Assembly (NCBI RefSeq): GCF_001457615.1
Contig: NZ_LN831024.1
Coordinates: 1,560,001-1,592,000, forward strand
Source of the DNA: Pseudomonas aeruginosa
Lineage (GTDB): Bacteria; Pseudomonadota; Gammaproteobacteria; Pseudomonadales; Pseudomonadaceae
Direction: 5' to 3'
DNA: 32,000 nt
In this document: positions 27,920 through 32,000 of the stretch, piece by piece
Layout: every line of letters begins with the position of its first letter
Numbering within the stretch: the stretch's first letter is position 1
Notes under the pieces: model-generated
Database searches by the model: none
The model's input: only the letters and a program-made list of their open reading frames with translations
Told to the model about the DNA's origin: nothing
Program-made: the position numbers and the translations under genes

Positions 27920-29142
27920 GGGAACCTCATTCCAGGGTCGAGGAAGGTGGCGTAGGCATCGTCGACGAACATCGGCCAGCCCGGCGACAGGTTGTCGTCC
28001 CAGGGCCGCGAGGTGTATTCCGAGGCCAGCGCGCGGACATTGTCCCGCGGCCAGTTGCGCGGATTGCCGGCGTAGGCGCGGAGATCGATGGAGGGAAATG
28101 CGCCGCGGGTCTTCGGCAACTTGCGCAGGTCCTGTTGCGACGCGAGGTTGGCGACGTAGCGGATGTAACGGGCGGTGGCGAAGATGTTGAATTCGTCGGA
28201 AGCCAGCAGGGTGGCGACCGCCTTGCGCGACAGACCGCGGCGCACCGGCTGGCCGAGCAGGTCGGTGAACAGCTCGTACTTGATCGCGGTGGAGACCACC
28301 ACCTGGCCGAGGCCGATGGAGGTGTTGGCGCTCTTGATGCTGACTGCCGCCTGATAGTCCTTGGCGTCTTCGTCGCGGGTCTGGTCACGCTGCTCGGCGA
28401 GGATGATCGCGCCGATCAGTTGCGGCGTCAGGTCGTACTTGCGCGCGGCCGCGGACATGACCTTGGCCCGCGACGGCGGGTTGCCCGGATAGGCGTCGGG
28501 GAACAGCGTGCTGATCGGCTGGCCGACCAGCGTCTGTGCCTGGTTCAGCTTGTCTTGCGGCGAAAGCTGGCTCAGGTAGGCGCCCAGGTCGCCGAGCGGG
28601 TTGCTGTACTTGGTGACGGTCGCCGGGTCCTTGTTGAGCAGCTTGAGCTGGTCGCCGAAGGCAATGGACGGCAGGTCGGTCGGATTGACGCCGGTGGCGC
28701 CGACCCCGCTGAACGGACCCTGGATCGCCTGGCTGGCCACCCCGGTGGCGCCGGCCGCGGCGAAGCCCAGGCGGCCAGCGGCGTCGGCGAGGTCGGCGCA
28801 GATGTCGAAGAAGGTGATGGTGGGGAAGTAGATCCAGTTGTCGGTCTGGGTGCCCAGGGGATTGTTGATCAGGCTGCGGATCAAGGCATTGCGTGCCTGG
28901 TAGCGCTGCATGGTGGTGCGCCCGGCGATGCTGGCGATCAGCGAGCGCGCCAGTTCCGGCGGGCCCACCCGCTGGAACAGCTTGATCAGCGAGCCGCTCT
29001 TGTCGAGTGCGGCGATGGTCGCATCGGGCACGTTGTCGTTGCGGATCGCGGCGATCACCCGGCGGGCTTCCTGGCGGGTCACCTGCCAGTCGTCCCAGCT
29101 ATAGGAAATCAGTGACTCGATCAGGTCGCTGGTGGCGGTCAT
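27916..29142 (-). CDS. tse3: H1-T6SS peptidoglycan-degrading effector Tse3 (muramidase, PA3484-like)
   Basis: 408 aa MTATSDLIESLISYSWDDWQVTRQEARRVI...; TPQLIGAIILAEQRDQTRDEDAKDYQ lysozyme-like Glu region and SIGLGQV; ATG at 29142 inside a longer open frame. Confidence 0.94.
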   Translation of the reverse strand: MTATSDLIESLISYSWDDWQVTRQEARRVIAAIRNDNVPDATIAALDKSGSLIKLFQRVGPPELARSLIASIAGRTTMQRYQARNALIRSLINNPLGTQTDNWIYFPTITFFDICADLADAAGRLGFAAAGATGVASQAIQGPFSGVGATGVNPTDLPSIAFGDQLKLLNKDPATVTKYSNPLGDLGAYLSQLSPQDKLNQAQTLVGQPISTLFPDAYPGNPPSRAKVMSAAARKYDLTPQLIGAIILAEQRDQTRDEDAKDYQAAVSIKSANTSIGLGQVVVSTAIKYELFTDLLGQPVRRGLSRKAVATLLASDEFNIFATARYIRYVANLASQQDLRKLPKTRGAFPSIDLRAYAGNPRNWPRDNVRALASEYTSRPWDDNLSPGWPMFVDDAYATFLDPGMRFP

Positions 29143-29148
29143 CGGTCT

Positions 29149-29158
29149 TCCTCCTTGT
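29149..29158 (-). promoter_or_regulatory. RsmA/CsrA consensus site overlapping the tse3 Shine-Dalgarno
   Basis: Minus strand ACAAGGAGGA matches A/U-CANGGANG-U/A and contains the AAGGAGG SD. Confidence 0.5.
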
Positions 29159-29195
29159 GAGTTGCCAGGCCCGTCAGGCGGTCCTGGGCGAAAGA

Positions 29196-29214
29196 GCGGA
29201 CCCTCCCGGTCCGC
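29196..29214 (-). terminator. Candidate terminator downstream of the DUF4349-like gene
   Basis: GCGGACC-CTCCC-GGTCCGC 7-bp stem; minus strand continues TCTTTCG. Confidence 0.5.
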
Positions 29215-29228
29215 CCGTATGCCTGGGC

Positions 29229-30029
29229 TCAGCGCGCCTCGTTCTTGCCGGGCCGCCGCAGCCAGCGCCACAGGCCGCGCAGCAACAGGCCCAGCGGCAG
29301 CAGCACGACGAGGAACGGCAGGCTGTAGGCGAAGAATTTCATCGCGGCGATGGTGCCATCGACAAGGTCGTCGAGCAGTTGCCCGGCGGCCGTGGCGAGC
29401 TGGCCGAGGCGGCTGTCCGGCTGCGCCTCGCTGCTGAAGCTCAGGGTCAGCAGGTTGGTGGCGATGCGCCGCTGCTGCTGGGCGCCGGCCTGGGCGTTGT
29501 CGGCCAGTTGAGCTTCCACCGCGGCGATTTCCTTGGCCAGGGCCAGCAGGTCGCCGACGCTCATGTCCTTGCGCCCCTGGTATTGCTGCAGGGTCTGGTA
29601 CTCGCGTTGCAGGCGCTCGCGTTGCTGGCGGGTGTCGGCGACCGCCTGGGCCAGGTCCTCGGCGCGGGTCTGCCGGCTTTCCAGCGTGCCGCCCTGGGCA
29701 GCGGCCGCGACCAGCTTCTCCACGCCGTCCGGGACGATGCGCACGGTGAGTTCGGCGTAATGGCCGATACCGCCGCGTTGTTCGATGGCGAGCACGTCGC
29801 ACTGGCCGAAGTGCTCGCTGTTGCAGGCGTCGCGGCTGGCGGCGAGTTGCGCGTCGATACGCGCGGCGGAAAGGCGGATGCCGACGCGGTGTTCGTAGGC
29901 GAGGGCGGTGCCGGGTTTGCCCGTCTCGCCCTGGAAACCGGCATTGCCGGAGACGCTTTCGGTGTGTTCGGCGGAGCATCCGTAGAGCGCCGCCAGCAGG
30001 ACGCCGGCGGCAAGCTTCCATGCGTTCAT
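29229..30029 (-). CDS. DUF4349-like membrane-associated lipoprotein (PA3483-like)
   Basis: Signal with possible lipobox LLAALYGC, coiled-coil middle, C-terminal TM and basic tail FLVVLLPLGLLLRGLWRWLRRPGKNEAR. Confidence 0.82.
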   Translation of the reverse strand: MNAWKLAAGVLLAALYGCSAEHTESVSGNAGFQGETGKPGTALAYEHRVGIRLSAARIDAQLAASRDACNSEHFGQCDVLAIEQRGGIGHYAELTVRIVPDGVEKLVAAAAQGGTLESRQTRAEDLAQAVADTRQQRERLQREYQTLQQYQGRKDMSVGDLLALAKEIAAVEAQLADNAQAGAQQQRRIATNLLTLSFSSEAQPDSRLGQLATAAGQLLDDLVDGTIAAMKFFAYSLPFLVVLLPLGLLLRGLWRWLRRPGKNEAR

Positions 30030-30062
30030 TCTATCGAGCCCTCCATGGCTTCGTGGTCTGCG

Positions 30063-32000
30063 TTACTTGACGCGCTGGCCCGGCTTGGCTCCGCTGTCCG
30101 GACTCAGCAGGTAGATCTCCTCGCCACCCGGGCCGGCGGCCAGGACCATGCCCTCGGACACCCCGAACTTCATCTTGCGCGGCGCCAGGTTGGCCACATA
30201 GAGCGTCAGGCGGCCTTCCAGGGCGCTCGGGTCGGGATATGCGCTCTTGATCCCGGAGAACACGTTACGCTTCGCGTCGCCGATGTCCAGCGACAGGCGC
30301 AGCAGCTTGTCGGCGCCTTCGACGAATTCGCACTTCTCGATCAGGGCGATGCGCAGGTCGACCGCGGCGAAAGCGTCGAAGTCGATCTCCGCGGCGATGG
30401 GTTCCTTGACCAGCTCGCCGTTGCCGGCGGGTTGGGATGCGGCGGCGAGGTCTTCCTTGGAGGCTTCGATCATGGCTTCTACTTTCGCGGGCTCGATACG
30501 GGTCATCAGGGGCTGGAACGGGTTCAACTGGTGGTTGGCCAGCAGGGTCTGGTGGTCGGCCCAGGTCAGCGGGGCGACGTTGAGGAAGGCTTCGGCGGCG
30601 GCGGCCAGCTTCGGCAGCACCGGCTTGAGGAAGATCACCAACTGGCGGAACAGGTTGATGCCCAGGCCGCAGACGGCCTGGACCTTGTCCTGCTGGCCTT
30701 CCTGCTTGGCCAGCGCCCAGGGCGCCTGTTCGGCGATCCAGGCGTTGGCGCGGTCGGCGAGGGCCATGATCTCGCGCATGGCGCGATTGAAGTCGCGGGC
30801 CTCATAGGCCTCGGCGATTCCCGGGGCGGCCTCGCGGAAGGCGGCGAGCAGCTCCGGCGCCGGATCGGCGCCGACCAGCACGCCGGCGTTGCCCTTGTGG
30901 ATGAAGCCGGCGCAGCGGCTGGCGATGTTGACGACCTTGCCGACCAGGTCGGAGTTGACCTTCTGCACGAAGTCCTCGAGGTTCAGGTCGAGGTCCTCGA
31001 CGCCGCGGCCGAGCTTGGACGCGTAGTAGTAGCGCAGGTATTCCGGGTCCAGGTGGTCGAGGTAGGTGCGCGCCTTGACGAAGGTGCCGCGCGACTTGGA
31101 CATCTTCTGGCCGTTCACGGTCAGGTAGCCGTGCACGTTCAGCGCGGTCGGCTTGCGGTAGCCGGCGCCTTCGAGCATGGCCGGCCAGAACAGCGCGTGG
31201 AAGTTGACGATGTCCTTGCCGATGAAGTGGTACAGCTCGGCACTGGAGTCCTTGCCCCAGAACGCGTCGAAGTCCAGCTCGGGACGCCGCGCGCAGAGGT
31301 TCTTGAAGCTGGCCATGTAGCCGATCGGCGCGTCCAGCCAGACGTAGAAGTACTTGCCGGGAGCGTCGGGAATCTCGAAGCCGAAGTACGGCGCGTCACG
31401 CGAGATGTCCCACTGCTGGAGGCCGCTGTCCAGCCATTCGGCGAGCTTGTTGGCCACCGACTCCTGAAGGGTGCCGCTGCGGGTCCATTGCTTGAGCATG
31501 GCCTCGAAGTCCGGCAGCTTGAAGAAGTAGTGCAGCGATTCCTTGAGCACCGGGGTGGCGCCGGAGATCGCCGATTTCGGGTCCTTCAGTTCGGTCGGGG
31601 CGTAGGTCGCGCCGCAGGCCTCGCAGTTGTCGCCGTACTGGTCGGCGGTGCCGCACTTCGGGCAGGTGCCCTTGATGAAGCGGTCGGCGAGGAACATCTG
31701 CTTTTCCGGGTCGAAGTACTGGGTCACCGGGCGGGTGTCGATGTGCCCGGCGTCGCGCAGTTTCAGGTAGATCGCGCTGGACAGCTCGCGGTTCTCTTCC
31801 GAGTGGGTCGAGTGGTAGTTGTCGAAGTCCACCAGGAAGTCGGCGAAGTCGCCCATGTGCTCGGCGCGCACGGCGTCGATCAGTTGCTCGGAGGTGATGC
31901 CCTCGCGCTCGGCGCGGAGCATGATCGCCGAACCGTGGGCGTCGTCGGCGCAGACGTAGACGGCCTGGTTGCCACGCATCTTCTGGAAGCGCACCCACAT
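30063..32000 (-). CDS. metG: Methionyl-tRNA synthetase, N-terminal part outside window
   Basis: Zn knuckle [37 protein letters not shown]-terminal tRNA-binding domain GMVLAAG. Confidence 0.98.
   Translation of the reverse strand: MWVRFQKMRGNQAVYVCADDAHGSAIMLRAEREGITSEQLIDAVRAEHMGDFADFLVDFDNYHSTHSEENRELSSAIYLKLRDAGHIDTRPVTQYFDPEKQMFLADRFIKGTCPKCGTADQYGDNCEACGATYAPTELKDPKSAISGATPVLKESLHYFFKLPDFEAMLKQWTRSGTLQESVANKLAEWLDSGLQQWDISRDAPYFGFEIPDAPGKYFYVWLDAPIGYMASFKNLCARRPELDFDAFWGKDSSAELYHFIGKDIVNFHALFWPAMLEGAGYRKPTALNVHGYLTVNGQKMSKSRGTFVKARTYLDHLDPEYLRYYYASKLGRGVEDLDLNLEDFVQKVNSDLVGKVVNIASRCAGFIHKGNAGVLVGADPAPELLAAFREAAPGIAEAYEARDFNRAMREIMALADRANAWIAEQAPWALAKQEGQQDKVQAVCGLGINLFRQLVIFLKPVLPKLAAAAEAFLNVAPLTWADHQTLLANHQLNPFQPLMTRIEPAKVEAMIEASKEDLAAASQPAGNGELVKEPIAAEIDFDAFAAVDLRIALIEKCEFVEGADKLLRLSLDIGDAKRNVFSGIKSAYPDPSALEGRLTLYVANLAPRKMKFGVSEGMVLAAGPGGEEIYLLSPDSGAKPGQRVK

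Noticed and set aside
27733-29115. 460-aa plus-strand ORF opposite tse3/tsi3
   Set aside because: Antisense to a known effector/immunity pair; translation is compositional noise.
29143-30021. N-terminal part of the 701-aa open frame that contains Tse3
   Set aside because: Open frame extends through the PA3483-like gene by composition bias; Tse3 starts at ATG 29142 with its own SD and a length consistent with the known 408-aa protein.
1-32000. CRISPR arrays, tRNA/rRNA genes, insertion sequences or prophage genes
   Set aside because: Looked for regularly spaced repeats, transposase motifs and tRNA-like stretches and saw none; the block looks like conserved chromosomal backbone apart from the tse3/tsi3 junction.

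Overview
The gene content and order look like Pseudomonas aeruginosa, roughly the PA3517 to PA3482 stretch in PAO1 numbering. This assignment is from memory of gene order; no search was run. The window has five blocks. (1) 1-3876: the 3' part of an operon with two fumarase/adenylosuccinate-lyase-superfamily proteins and a SAM methyltransferase. This matches the tail of the known copper-responsive fluopsin C (flc, PA3515-PA3519) cluster. (2) 4389-18813: a very compact 17-gene same-strand unit with no gap over 41 bp, ended by a perfect intrinsic terminator. It encodes a TauABC/SsuABC-like ABC importer, two SDRs, a cupin, an alpha/beta hydrolase, an IclR regulator, a ThDP enzyme, aspartate dehydrogenase, ALDH, an extradiol-dioxygenase-like VOC protein, two small unknowns, a Rieske oxygenase, a Rid protein and an oxygenase reductase. 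An outer-membrane porin follows. I know of no assigned substrate for this unit, and it is the best candidate for an undescribed system. Matching AT-rich 15-16 bp palindromic elements lie upstream of both the operon and the porin. (3) 20564-20743: a PA3496-type small protein. (4) nth and the rnf/rsx operon on the minus strand. (5) The tse3-tsi3 T6SS effector/immunity pair, a DUF4349-like lipoprotein and the C-terminal part of metG. The vgrG4b-pldA-immunity genes I recall between tsi3 and rnfA in PAO1 are absent. No tRNA, rRNA, CRISPR array or intact insertion sequence was recognised.
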